This document shows positions 11,102-22,097 of a DNA stretch of 64,000 nucleotides, piece after piece (the stretch's first letter is position 1; every line of letters begins with the position of its first letter). The position numbers were made by a program, and so were the translations under genes. The notes below the pieces were generated by a model that saw nothing but the letters and a program-made list of their open reading frames with translations, was not told the origin of the DNA and did not search any database. The stretch comes from Trichodelitschia bisporula (Eukaryota): positions 1,630,691 to 1,694,690 of the forward strand of contig ML996689.1 of assembly GCA_010356995.1 (NCBI GenBank), read 5' to 3'.

Positions 11102-11407
11102 ATGTGTTTCTTCAGGCTACAGGTGTTCACGTGTGGTCACGCCGTTCATACAGTCGTTACTCCATGTGAGCGGGTCGCGCTGCCATTGATAGACAAGGCG
11201 CACTTCGTAATTATGGACAGGACTATTGAACGGGATGATAAATGGTGACCCGAATATGCGCATACCGTTGAGAAGGGGACCGATGAGGGGGAGAGCCATT
11301 GGGCAGTATCTGTGACACTAGTTTTACTCGTAAGCGCAGTCTGCTGGGTGCTTATTGTTGGACTGGAGAAGCTGAGAACAGATGAAACAAAGGTTTCTGT
11401 TGACTGA
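11102..11407 (+). pseudogene. Array copy 6, single in-frame TGA at 11246-11248
   Basis: MCFFRLQVFTCGHAVHTVVTPCERVALPLIDKAHFVIMDRTIERDDKW*PEYAHTVEKGTDEGESHWAVSVTLVLLVSAVCWVLIVGLEKLRTDETKVSVD*. Confidence 0.7.
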
Positions 11408-11995
11408 CGTAGACTGAACTGTCGAGTGTACCATGTGGGCAACTCGTACTATATAGGAAATATGAAACAGGAGTGGTGTCGAGCCAAAGATACGATGAAA
11501 CAAGACAACGGAGGTAAGCAATCCCGAGCACTAACGGATACCGGCTACAAAGATACCGAGCGCGAAGTGATACAGGAGCTTACAATATCAGAAGGCTGTA
11601 ACAAATGGGAATCCGTCTAACACTTATTTATTGGGCTGGTTCTGGAAAAAAATGAAAACCGATATTTGCTGGATGTTACACTGCGCGATGAGGCATGTGA
11701 AAATGTGACCCGTTCGACGCCTGTACGATTGATAGGTCCTTTGAACGGCGAGGCTCGAGTACTATCACCACAAGAAGCTCGACATGTCAGGAAGTCGTAA
11801 TTAGCAGGTTAGAATCGCCCTATCTCGCCTTACTGTACCCGATCGAGATACATGTACACCCATCCGTCCATCCGGATCCCACCTAACCCACAAATCCCAT
11901 GCCGATCTCCCACATCGATCTCCCATGCCGATCCATCCACAGGTCATGGCAACCCACAACCGCCGAAATGCCACCCATCCATATGTCCATCCGTT

Positions 11996-13909
11996 CTAGA
12001 GATACCCATACTCATCATACGCTCTCCCCCCATCATCATCCTCGAGGACAACAACCTGGCCACTCTCTCTTCTAACCTCCGCAGCGCCCTCGTCCTCCCC
12101 ATGCAGTAGCTCGCCCACCTCCGCGCTCTCAGCCATCATCTCGCGAGCCCGCTCCGCGTCCACCTTAAGGTCCTCCATGATGAGCAGCGTCGTCATCTCT
12201 GGCGCCAGGACCATCTGCACGTAGCCGGCAGGTCCCTGCGCAGCGATGACGCGACCCCGCATCTCGCGGATACGCGGCGCGAAGGCTTCCTCGAAGAAAT
12301 CCATGCTGTGCAAGCGCAACCGTCAGCTCAAATCAACTCACACACACACTCGAAGAGCGTACGACGTACATGATCTGCATCCCCCGGCTCCCATAATACC
12401 CCATACTCAACCCCTCATCCTCCCCCCCCAGAATACTCTTAAGCAGACTCCTCGCCTTCCCCTGATCCACCGCGCTCTCCATTCTCCGATGAAAATACAT
12501 CTCCCCAGGATTATCCATCAGCTTCCCCATCTTCCTCTTCATCTTCTTCAATCTCCGCGGCAGCGCCTCAAAATCAATCTTCGGATACCCGCGCTCGGCA
12601 TAAATGACCTTCGCTTCGGCGGTCTTGTGCTGCGTACAAAACCGGCTTTGTTGGCGGTACGTCATGCGCGGATTCTCGAGCTTGTAGTCCGCAAGAGCTT
12701 GCTCGTCGACGGTAGCATGACAAATAGGGCACTGGTCCGCGCGCAGGGCCTCTATCTCATCGTCGGACAGCTCCGAGAGCTCCGAGGAGTCGTGCTCGAG
12801 AGCCGCCGCCGCTGCCTTCTGTTCGTCCGTCAGGGGCGGACCCAGCAGGGCGGTGAGGAGTTCGATTGTTTCGGCACCGCGAGGGACTTGGAAGGTCTGC
12901 TTTGGCTCATCTCGCTTTTTGATGAAGGTTTTCTTGGCTCTGCCGGCCTTGGACTTGGAATTGGGGATTTTCTCGGAGACTTTGGGCTTCGTTTGCTTAT
13001 CGGATGCCTCGGGCGTGTCGCGCTTCGGGGCAGGTACTCCTGTCCATTTCGGGAGGTTCGTGGGCACGGATGGGGGGATTCTGAAACCGTTGAGTGTCTT
13101 GGTGGAGCGGAATTTGTACCCCAATTCAGTCGACGATCCGCTTGATTGATCCATCTCTGCAGCTGCTTCTGTCGAGATACTCTCCTGAGACTCCCCCTTG
13201 ACTTGGGATGACGTAGGCACGTACGAATCGACACCACTGTAAACCGCTTTCGCTGCAAGAGTGTTAGCTGCATGAACAGATATCCAACTGATGCAACCTT
13301 ACACGCCATGGCCTTCGCCCGCTTAGTCGCTGGACCATCGGCGTGAATATTCGCAGCTGCGCGTCGCTTACTCTTGCCGAAGGTCTGGCCGACAAAAGAC
13401 TGGCGAGTTGCGTCGAAGAGATCGTCTGTAGGGCTTGACTGCCCAGCTTTCTTGCCAGCCGTCTTGTCCGCTGCCTTGCCAGCAGTCTTGTCGGCCTTCT
13501 TGCCAGCAGCTTTGTCCTGCGCCTTCGCCTTCGTCTTCCGCGGCTTAGCAGCAACAACCTCTTCGTCCTCTTTATTACTCTCCGAATCAAGCACCACCAC
13601 GGGAGCCTTGTTCGTGCCCCTTGCCGCGCGCGTGCTCCCCCGCTTCGCCTCCTGTGTCACCTTTTCGGGCCTGGGATCCGGCGGCGGGGTAGCCTTCTTG
13701 AACTGAGTGGCTGGAATGTTGGCGCGGGAGGGCAGGTCATCATCGGTGGAGAGCGGGTCGTCGTGGATGTCAGGAGAGGCCTTCTTGGGAGCTGGCTCGG
13801 GGGTGGTGGAGGTGGTGGGCAGGTGGTCGTCGTCCGTGGCGTAGGGTTTATTGCTGACCGTCCTGAGCAGCTTAGGGGGAGGATTTGACTTGCTCAATTG
13901 GGTCACCAT
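11996..13909 (-). CDS. RTC4: RTC4-like domain protein (introns at about 13255-13302 and about 12306-12368)
   Basis: CPIC...FCxxHK, RGYPKIDF, GYYGSRG and YVQMVLAPE...LIMEDL....AREMMAESAEVGELLH are typical of the fungal RTC4 domain. Long low-complexity N-terminus. Confidence 0.85.
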
Positions 13910-14355
13910 TGTAAGGTGAGCTTGCGGCTAGCGCCGCTGGTGTTTGTGTGAGATGCTATGCGATGGCGAGGTGTAGGCGTTGATGCGTGGGAGCTGCAGA
14001 GTTTGTGGGTATCGCAAATGTACAGTGCGGAGAGGAACGCAGAAGATGATGCGTCAATGAATTAACTAAGCGGCAAGAAGCAAACGACGAGAAAATGACA
14101 ATGGCGAAATGCGTACTGTAAATGTGGATGTGCAGTCTGGTGTTGTAGGAGAGTGGAGAAGGGTAGCGTGGGTGGGTTGGGGTTTGGGTCCCGGCGTAAG
14201 CTTGTCGGTGGTTTGGTCGCGAAGAGCTTCCGCAAAACGCCCAGGCCACGCGTCATCATATGATCACATGCTGATAGAAACACCACAACCTCCACAAGCA
14301 TAACCAGACGCGCGTAGCCAGCACTTTCCGACGATTGGCAGAGTCAAACGGAATA

Positions 14356-15570
14356 TTAGGCCACCTTTCGGCCGACATTCCCTACTCCTCTACCCACAAT
14401 GCTCACGATAATATCCTCCGATCCCTCTCCCGCATCCCGCAGCCCCCATCCGCTCAACCCAAACGTCTTAAAGTCCCTCGCCAGCTGCACAATATCCTCG
14501 CTTCCCAACACATCCCGCCCAATCTGTATCCGTCCCACATCCTCCGACCCCATAGCCATGAGTGTAAGCGCCGTAAACGCTGCCACTACATCCACACACC
14601 CGCCCTTCTCCACCGCCTCCAGCAGCTGAAATGCGCATTTCCGCCCGATATCCTCCGGCGGAACTCCACCCTCCACCGGCACCGCAACATCTGCCGAGAA
14701 CCGCACCCCCGTAGACGTCTCCGCCACGAGACTGAGCCCAAACCCAACCCCCATCTTCCGCTTCGCCGCCGCATTATTCCTTTCAGGTGCAGGCACGAAG
14801 CCCGCTGCCGTATTCTCTGAAAATATACGCGTGTCCGGCACAAAGGGGTTGAGCACTCCACGCGCCGCCTCAATCATCCGCGCATTATTCGCCCCCGACA
14901 CACCCGTCGCGTATGCCACGCCGCGGATGCTCTTCACCCGCCCCGGGTTGAGCAAATGTACCGTCTTAGGCAAGCGCACCTGGTGTCCAAATATGAGCTG
15001 GACCTCGCCGGTACCGCCCTTTCCTCCCGGTCCCGGGTTTGACCGTTGTGTTGTGCGGATCTCGAGCTTGTTCATAATGCCGAATTGTTCGTAGATAGGG
15101 AGGATGGCCGTGCGCACCGTGTCGACGGAGACGTCGCCCGTGGGCGTGGCGGAGGTAATGACACCCGGTCCGGTGAAGAGCACATTGACTGGGGACTTGG
15201 AGAACGGTGCGAGGAGACATAGCGGGAGGAGAAAGTAGCTCACGCCGCGCGTGCAACTCGCCGGAATCTCGTGACGCAGCACGCCGTCGATGCTTGCGCC
15301 GTGGCCAGCGGCGCTGCCGGTGATTAAGCCCGGCCTGTATGCCAGCGCCGTGCCGGTGTATGAGAATTCGATCTGCGAGCCATTCGTTACGGCTTCGAGT
15401 AAGCGTAGAAAGGACACTTCGTATGGCGCGAGTCCTGGGTCTGTGACGGATGAGGAGCGGATTTTTGTGACGCGGATGGGACGGCCGGTCAGGGTAGAGA
15501 GGACGAGGCGTTCAACCAGATGGCGATGGCCCGTAAAGTGTAGGGCCGGAGGGGAGGATGTGTCAGCCAT
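14356..15570 (-). CDS. RCL1: RNA 3'-terminal phosphate cyclase-like protein Rcl1 (18S rRNA processing), single exon
   Basis: RLVLSTLTGRPIRVTKIRS...PGLAPYEVSFLRLLEAVTNGS, SIRGVAY, GFGLSLVAET, PEDIG. Confidence 0.95.
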   Translation of the reverse strand: MADTSSPPALHFTGHRHLVERLVLSTLTGRPIRVTKIRSSSVTDPGLAPYEVSFLRLLEAVTNGSQIEFSYTGTALAYRPGLITGSAAGHGASIDGVLRHEIPASCTRGVSYFLLPLCLLAPFSKSPVNVLFTGPGVITSATPTGDVSVDTVRTAILPIYEQFGIMNKLEIRTTQRSNPGPGGKGGTGEVQLIFGHQVRLPKTVHLLNPGRVKSIRGVAYATGVSGANNARMIEAARGVLNPFVPDTRIFSENTAAGFVPAPERNNAAAKRKMGVGFGLSLVAETSTGVRFSADVAVPVEGGVPPEDIGRKCAFQLLEAVEKGGCVDVVAAFTALTLMAMGSEDVGRIQIGRDVLGSEDIVQLARDFKTFGLSGWGLRDAGEGSEDIIVSIVGRGVGNVGRKVA

Positions 15571-16144
15571 GGTGATGGTGCAGAGAATGGTGTATGATTT
15601 GACTCAATGTGGAGGCATCGTGGCAAGACTTGAAGTTCGAACTCATGCGGCTCGTTGCAGAAAAAACTTGCGCACAGACCAGGTTCCCCAGATCTCGTTC
15701 TCGCGCTAACTTTTTAGTGCCCATCTCTTAAAAGCATGAGATAGCGCAGATCACTTCGACATCTCAAGTAGGAGGGGACGACTGTGATACGATTGACGTT
15801 ACAGTTCACGATTAGAAATTTCAACATAAATGATATTCTTTCATTCGTGTCAAATCAAGTTCCGATGGCCAGCGTTCTGAGACTGACCACGCAACCTGGG
15901 TATCTCGGGTGTGCGGTAGACCACAAACTCCTCCATCCTGCGACTAGTTACAAACACCTCACCACCCCAATGTAAACGCCATCCATTCGATCCGAGAAGA
16001 TACGCCATGCCATGCCAGACAAGTGCCCGCAACGCCAGATGCTAATGCCCTGACCATCAGAGCCCCATAAAACCGCCTAACGCCGTGTTCAGTCGAGGTA
16101 GAGAAATCAGCTTTTGTAAATGCAGGTTAAGAAGTAGAGAAGTA

Positions 16145-19100
16145 TCACTTGTTCAGTTTGATTTTGAGCTTGAGCTTCCCAGGAGCCGGTGGTGCGCTTG
16201 AAGATGGAGCTGAGGGGCGCCCACCACTAGTAGGAGCAGGCTTAGAAGCGTTGGCCGACGGCCTACGTAGAATCGCTTCGACTTGTTCGAATTTTTTAGG
16301 GAAACGCAATTTAACGATTTTCCTGCGGGGAGATTTCGGAGGGCCGAAGCGTGGTGTTTGCGGTGAAAGCGACAGGAGTACCGGTCGGGTTGGGGGAGGA
16401 ATCAGCAGGCCATTTCCGCTTATCGACGGGCGCGCTTCGCTGGTGGCTTTCGGGTTCCGGGCTTCGGTGAGGTCGCTCGCCGTCTTTTGGCGCTTGGTTT
16501 CGGGGAATTCGCCCTTGATGAAATCATTAGCCTCGCGGATTCGCTTGCGTTCGATTAAAGGTTCAGCCTCGGCGATAAGGCCGACAGTAGGTAACGAAAG
16601 GGCGGGTAGCGGTGTTGTACGGAATTTGTCGGTCCGAGTGAAACGGAGTTTCGCTTGACCCAGATGTTCGGCCTTCAAGTACCTCGGCAGTTTGAGTTTG
16701 ACCGCCAGTTTGTTACGGGGTTTGTAAAGAAGCTGACAGAGATAGAGTATGTCCTTGAACTCGTCCATGCCAATGACTGGCGATCTACACCGTTGTTAGA
16801 TCCGTTGTAGGTTTGTTGGTGGCTACATACCCCAAGGCTTCACGAATGGAGTCTTTTAGCGCCGAATTGTCGACCAGTTTCTTGCACAGCATGTCTTTTG
16901 CACCTTGAATCGAAGCAACCTTCGTAAGAGCCTCTTGTGCTGTCTCGGCCTCGTCGCCGACGATGACCAGATCGGCATCTGGATTGCTTTCCTTCGCCCC
17001 AGATCCACGATCAAGTGCGAGCATGCCGAGTGCCCGCTCGATGATTTTCCAGAGTTGGCTCCTCATGTACGGCGAAGGTTCACTGAAGTATGAGAAGATG
17101 AGGTAGTTTCGAAAAAGGTTGCGCGTGAAGAAGCCCAATCCGACCAAGCAACTGAAGGCCTCGAGACGGACGACATCCGAATTTCCGAGGGCCACGTACG
17201 GCATGAAAACCGCCCTCGGAATAGGCGCAACTTTGGCTTCGATAAGCTTCGCCAAAGCTCGCAACGCGGTAGTCGTGTAGCGGTTTTGGTAGGATGGAAT
17301 CCATTCGTCAATCCGCCGGTACCGGTCAATCTCATTCATTGCGGCCTTGAGAAAGTCTGCTTCGGCAATTTCAGCATCAGCGTCCTCGAAGCCGAAGTTC
17401 ATTTCCCCATGTGCGTCAGTAAGTGACTCCGCCAAACACGTAATCAAGACTGCAACGTAGGTGGCATCAGAGTACTGGATGCATCAGCACTCAACTCCCA
17501 AGCTTCGAAGCTATACATACCTGATTATTCGAGTTGTCGTTGAACTTCAACTTCTCAAGGAAGAACCGCTTGATGCGGCTCGGGGTGCGTCCTCGCATAT
17601 CACGCACCCGCGAAAGGGCCTTCGGAATGGCACACTGGATGAAGTACATCCTCCGGTCAGAAAAATCGTTGGACCGCGTCATGGGTGAGTCGGGGAAGCA
17701 GAAAAACTCCTGGAAGGCCTTTTCGAGATGGAAGAGTCCGATCCAGTCCAGCTCTTCAACAGCGCAGACAGACAAAGCCTCTATTGCCAGAATACGAATG
17801 CCATAATAATAGCGGCTGTCCATAAGCGTGCGCAGCAGGACGGTGGATATCTGTGGTGTCGGCTTTAGCCCCCTTAGGTACTGAATTGCCTGCGACAGTT
17901 AGCCATACGACCAGCACATCCCACGCCCGATCGACTGACCTCCATCTGGGCAACCACATCGGTATCCTGTTGGAGCTGTGAAGTGTACATGTACACAGGT
18001 TGCCCAAAGTGTATTCTACCGATCCATTCGAAGTCCGCGTCAACTCTGATCCACTCGTAAGACTCATTGTTCATGACTTCTTCATCCTCTTTTGACCAGT
18101 CGGCGAGCTTCCACTCTTGAACATCGGCTTCGGATTGCAGAACATCTCCGAGGCAATAGAGAAGCACTTCTTCTTGGGATTCGCCCGCCAAGTCAACACC
18201 TGCTGCGGCTGCCGCGCGCTCCTTTTGCAGTCGATTGCGCTTCAAGCGCTTGTACTTGGTATTGTACGGGATCTCGAATTTCTGTGTAGTCTCTTTGACA
18301 TCGACAATATGTTCGTAAGGGGTACCGTCAGCCTCGTGTATGCGAATGGTAATTGGTCCCTAGACAGTCAGCAACCTTTCAGACTGTAACATGGAAAGCT
18401 CACCGTAAACAAGGGCTGTATCGGGCCTGCGTACACAGCACGGTCTTCCTCCTTTGCTTCGCGCATGAAGATGTCCGGCTCCAGCCGCGTTCCGGGAGCC
18501 GAGTGCATGCCTTGCACTTGAGAAATTGTCATTTCGATGACCAGTTTCTTCTTGTTGAATCTCTGGGAGACATCAAAGATGGGGCATCCGGCTCCATACA
18601 CCCACTGATTGAAGAAGGTTTCGAGCTTTGCATGCCCGACCTTGTCAGATGTACGGCGAAAATACTCGGTGTCCAGCTCATTCTTGTCAATCCTGCCCAC
18701 CTGCGCATCGAGAAAAATCCGCCAGATGATCCTGTTCACGCCGTTACGGCCGCTCGCTTTGATAAGCCGCTGGTGGAGAATGAATAGAATCAAAGGAGCC
18801 TTCAACTTCATGAATTCCAGCTCCGTGGCGTCGATACTGAGTGATGGGCCTAGGTCATAAACTGATGGTCTCTGGATATCCAGCTCAACGACCCGGTTAG
18901 CATTCAGCTTTTGCCTGAACCGGTATTCATTCTTGCCACACAGTGTTTGCATGAAAGTATCCGCCATGAAGTATGATGCGGCAACGATCAGCCAGTAATC
19001 TTGTGGAGTCTTCGGGATAATGTTGACACCAATCCATTGGCTGGCCACGGCATGCACCAGCTCACGAGTGGTCGGATAGATAGGATCCAACACACTCTCG

Positions 19101-20351
19101 GGATACAGCAGACGCGTGCTGCAGATAGACAAAGTTGCCGTATCGAAGACATCGCGGGGCAAGTCGTCCACGAAGCAGATCTTGTAGCTAGTGGATTCCG
19201 ACTTGAACGGATAGGAGCCAAACTGTCGAATGAAGTGGTCGATGCACATAGGAAGAGGCATGCAGCAATTCCGGACTTCATCGGCTCGACCCGGAAGGCA
19301 AAAGCCATGGACTCCCACAGCGTTCTGCCCGAGCATCTGGTCCTCTTCGCTTTCGCGAAACTCCGCCAGATCCACTTCTTCGAACGGTCCGACGACGAAC
19401 CCAATGTGATGCGGCGCAACGGGTGTCGTGCAATGGAAGATGAACTTCCGCTTTGATTCACGGCCCGTAAAAGGAGCCTGTAAGCTGTCAGTAAGCGAAA
19501 CGGTATGATGATAGTGACCTGACATCGCTGTCTTCCATCAAACCGGAGCCAATGACCGCCATCTCCAAGTTCTTCTCTTCCGGTGTGAGGTCTAGGTCAC
19601 CATGACTCTCAACACCTTCGTTGCTGTGCACATTTGCGCCGTTGGAGTCCCCGTTGGTACGCTCGTTAGTGGCCTGCAGTCCGGGTTTCGTGATGTCTCC
19701 GAGCAATCGAGGACAAGTGATGGACAACCTCCAGGTGCACCGCGCATTGAGGGTTCCAACGCAAGGGAAGACAAAACATGGCGAGGTCTCAGGCAACGAA
19801 GACGTGTAAGTGTACACGTGAGGATATCGGAAGTCGTTTTCGCCCAGCCCAACCCAGTGCACGCCGTCACGGGAACCTTTGACCGAGTATTCAATGCGCA
19901 GCGTCAGGGTCTTGAAGCCCGGAGAAGAGTCATCCTTCAGAGCCGCATTGGCAATCTCCATCGAGTCTGCGGCGCTTGCTTCCCGGATGCGCACTTGCTT
20001 GGGAATCTGGATCTCCAGATCTTCAGTCTCCGCGTCTTCGAGCGATTTACGGAGGGAGTGGTATTGCTCAACACCGTAGCCATGATGAATGGTAGCGTAA
20101 TCGTAGGCATCAGTGTGCGTGAGGAGAGCGCTGTGTTTGTCGACGGTCACGCCGTGGACCTCGAGCTGGCGGCAGAATAGATTGATGGAACGGAGATCCT
20201 TTTTCATAGGCAAGATGACCATCTCAGTTGTGCCAGTGAGCCTCTGCGTGACGAAGTCCACCTCCAAGTCCACCTCTTGATGCAGCACCTGAAAGCCGGG
20301 CGCCATCTGCGCAGGTTGCGCCTGATCCCCAGGCTCCACAATACCAGGCAT
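16145..20351 (-). CDS. TAF2: TFIID subunit Taf2 (M1 aminopeptidase-like fold), about 6 exons
   Basis: LVHAVASQWIGVNIIP, LKAPLILFILHQRL, FFNQWVYGAGCP, QRFNKKKLVIEM, YEWIRVDADFEWI, SNDFSD, WIPSYQN. Confidence 0.95.
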
Positions 20352-21321
20352 GGTGGAGGCAAGCCCGCTACCACGCGAAACGGCGCAAAATGTGGGAGCG
20401 CAGACTCATTTCCGGGAGTTTGCGAAGGGTTGTAGACGGGCGGTGGTTAAAGGTGCTCGAAGATTGGGTGAAGGATGCGGCGACAGAGCGCGTTGCGGAG
20501 AGTGGACTTGAAGGTCACGCTTTGGCGAGGGTTCGTACAGGCGCGGCGCGTTCGCTATTGAAGGAGTCGAGGTTGCGAGATAAAAAACAGCAATGATCCT
20601 GTTCAGTTGGCGGTTGAGGTGCGGTTGTTTGGAGTTTGGAAGCGCATTCGGGGATGCACGTCTTCAGAGAACGGAGCCTGGAGGTTGCGCAGCTCCCGAA
20701 GTTTTTCCGGGACGCGCCTCGTTACCTCGTGGCGGAGCTCTAGGTGCCAAGACCGTTACACCATCAACCGTATCACAGCACACGCGAAAGCAAGAGCACT
20801 TGATCTCTCTCAGTCGTACTCATCGCATCTTTAACTACTCTACTCTCTTCTATTTGGGAACTTATGGGATGGCTTTCCCATAACTTGTCCCATCTTCTGT
20901 TTTCCCGATGTCATCCCAAGGCGTCCGAGTCAGTGACATCTTACACGGAGTGGTTCCGTCCCGATTGCACAAGTAGCAATAAGAGTGAGAGCAAGCGCAG
21001 ATTACGAGTATTGCCTCCTCGTAGGTAGTTCAGTATTACAGTACGCACTCCCACAACAGAGTGGACTAGCCCTCTCGCTCGCTATCTCCTTCGACAAACC
21101 ACAGCCTCTTCCACGGCATCGAGAGCGCTGGCATCAACATCAAAAGCAACCATGCAGACCACGGCCATGACCGAGCAACAAAACACCAGGATGAAAGAGG
21201 GAAACCAGCGAGAACGCTATGCGATGGGACCCTAGGAGAATGCAAGAGAAATATACAAGCTCGGCCTAGTTTGCAAGTTTTTGGAGAACCCTATCCCTCG
21301 TACAACCCCACAATCATACTC

Positions 21322-22097
21322 TTACAAGAGAAGACCGAAGCCCGCGAAGATACCGGCAGCCACAACAGCCAAACCATACGTCTGACCGATGCTGACAGCA
21401 GCAGCAGCGCTCTTGCTCCCAGACTTTGTGCCCGAGTTGGCGCCGCCGAAGGTACCGGCATCAGTGGCCGAAGCTGAGCTGTCACTGCCCGACCCAGCCT
21501 TGGTAGCCGTGGGGCTGATGCTTGAAGTGTTGACCCGGGTAGGGTGCTGGGCACCGCAGGGGTGGTTTTGGCTACATGCTGTCAGCAGCCTTCTATAAAG
21601 CTCATGGCCGTCCATAGGAATCGGAAGGCGAAACCCTGGGTATGGATTGCCTAAGCGGCATTTTCCGCGACGTACCGGCAGTCGGACGAGCAGGCGTTGT
21701 TTTGGCCGCAATTCTTCACGCACTGGGTGCCCCACTCCGTGCATTCGTAGTATGGGATCGTCTGCGAGTATTCCGTCATATTGGGCGTCTTGCCGCTTCC
21801 GCAAACACAGGTCCAGGCAAGAGTCTTGGGGTCACAGGTGTTGGAAATGGTTGTGGCGATGTTGGATTCTTGAAGGCAGAGGAGAGGGCACGACGAGCGT
21901 TGGTCGCGGCACCATGACTCTAAGTAGTGTTAGCAAAGCAATGACTATGTTCCCATCAGGCCTGATGAGCTCGTCGTGGGACTGAACGGAGGACTCATAC
22001 CCCTCAGAGACGAAGACACTGTGCTGGGGTCGATGGTCTGGGAGTTGGCAAAGCCGGCGACGGCAAGGAAGAGCGACAGTGCAGCTGTTGAACGCAT
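21322..22097 (-). CDS. Uncharacterised Cys-rich GPI-anchored cell-surface protein (3 exons)
   Basis: Signal peptide MRSTAALSLFLAVAGFANS. WCRDQRSSCPLLC...CVCGSG..PNMTEYSQTIPYYEC...HPCGAQHPTRVN, Ser/Thr-rich stalk, hydrophobic GPI-type C-terminus. Confidence 0.85.

Noticed and set aside
11246..11248. Selenocysteine UGA aligned with a CxxC cysteine
   Set aside because: Dikarya are not known to have Sec machinery, the partner Cys is also lost, and no SECIS was recognised.
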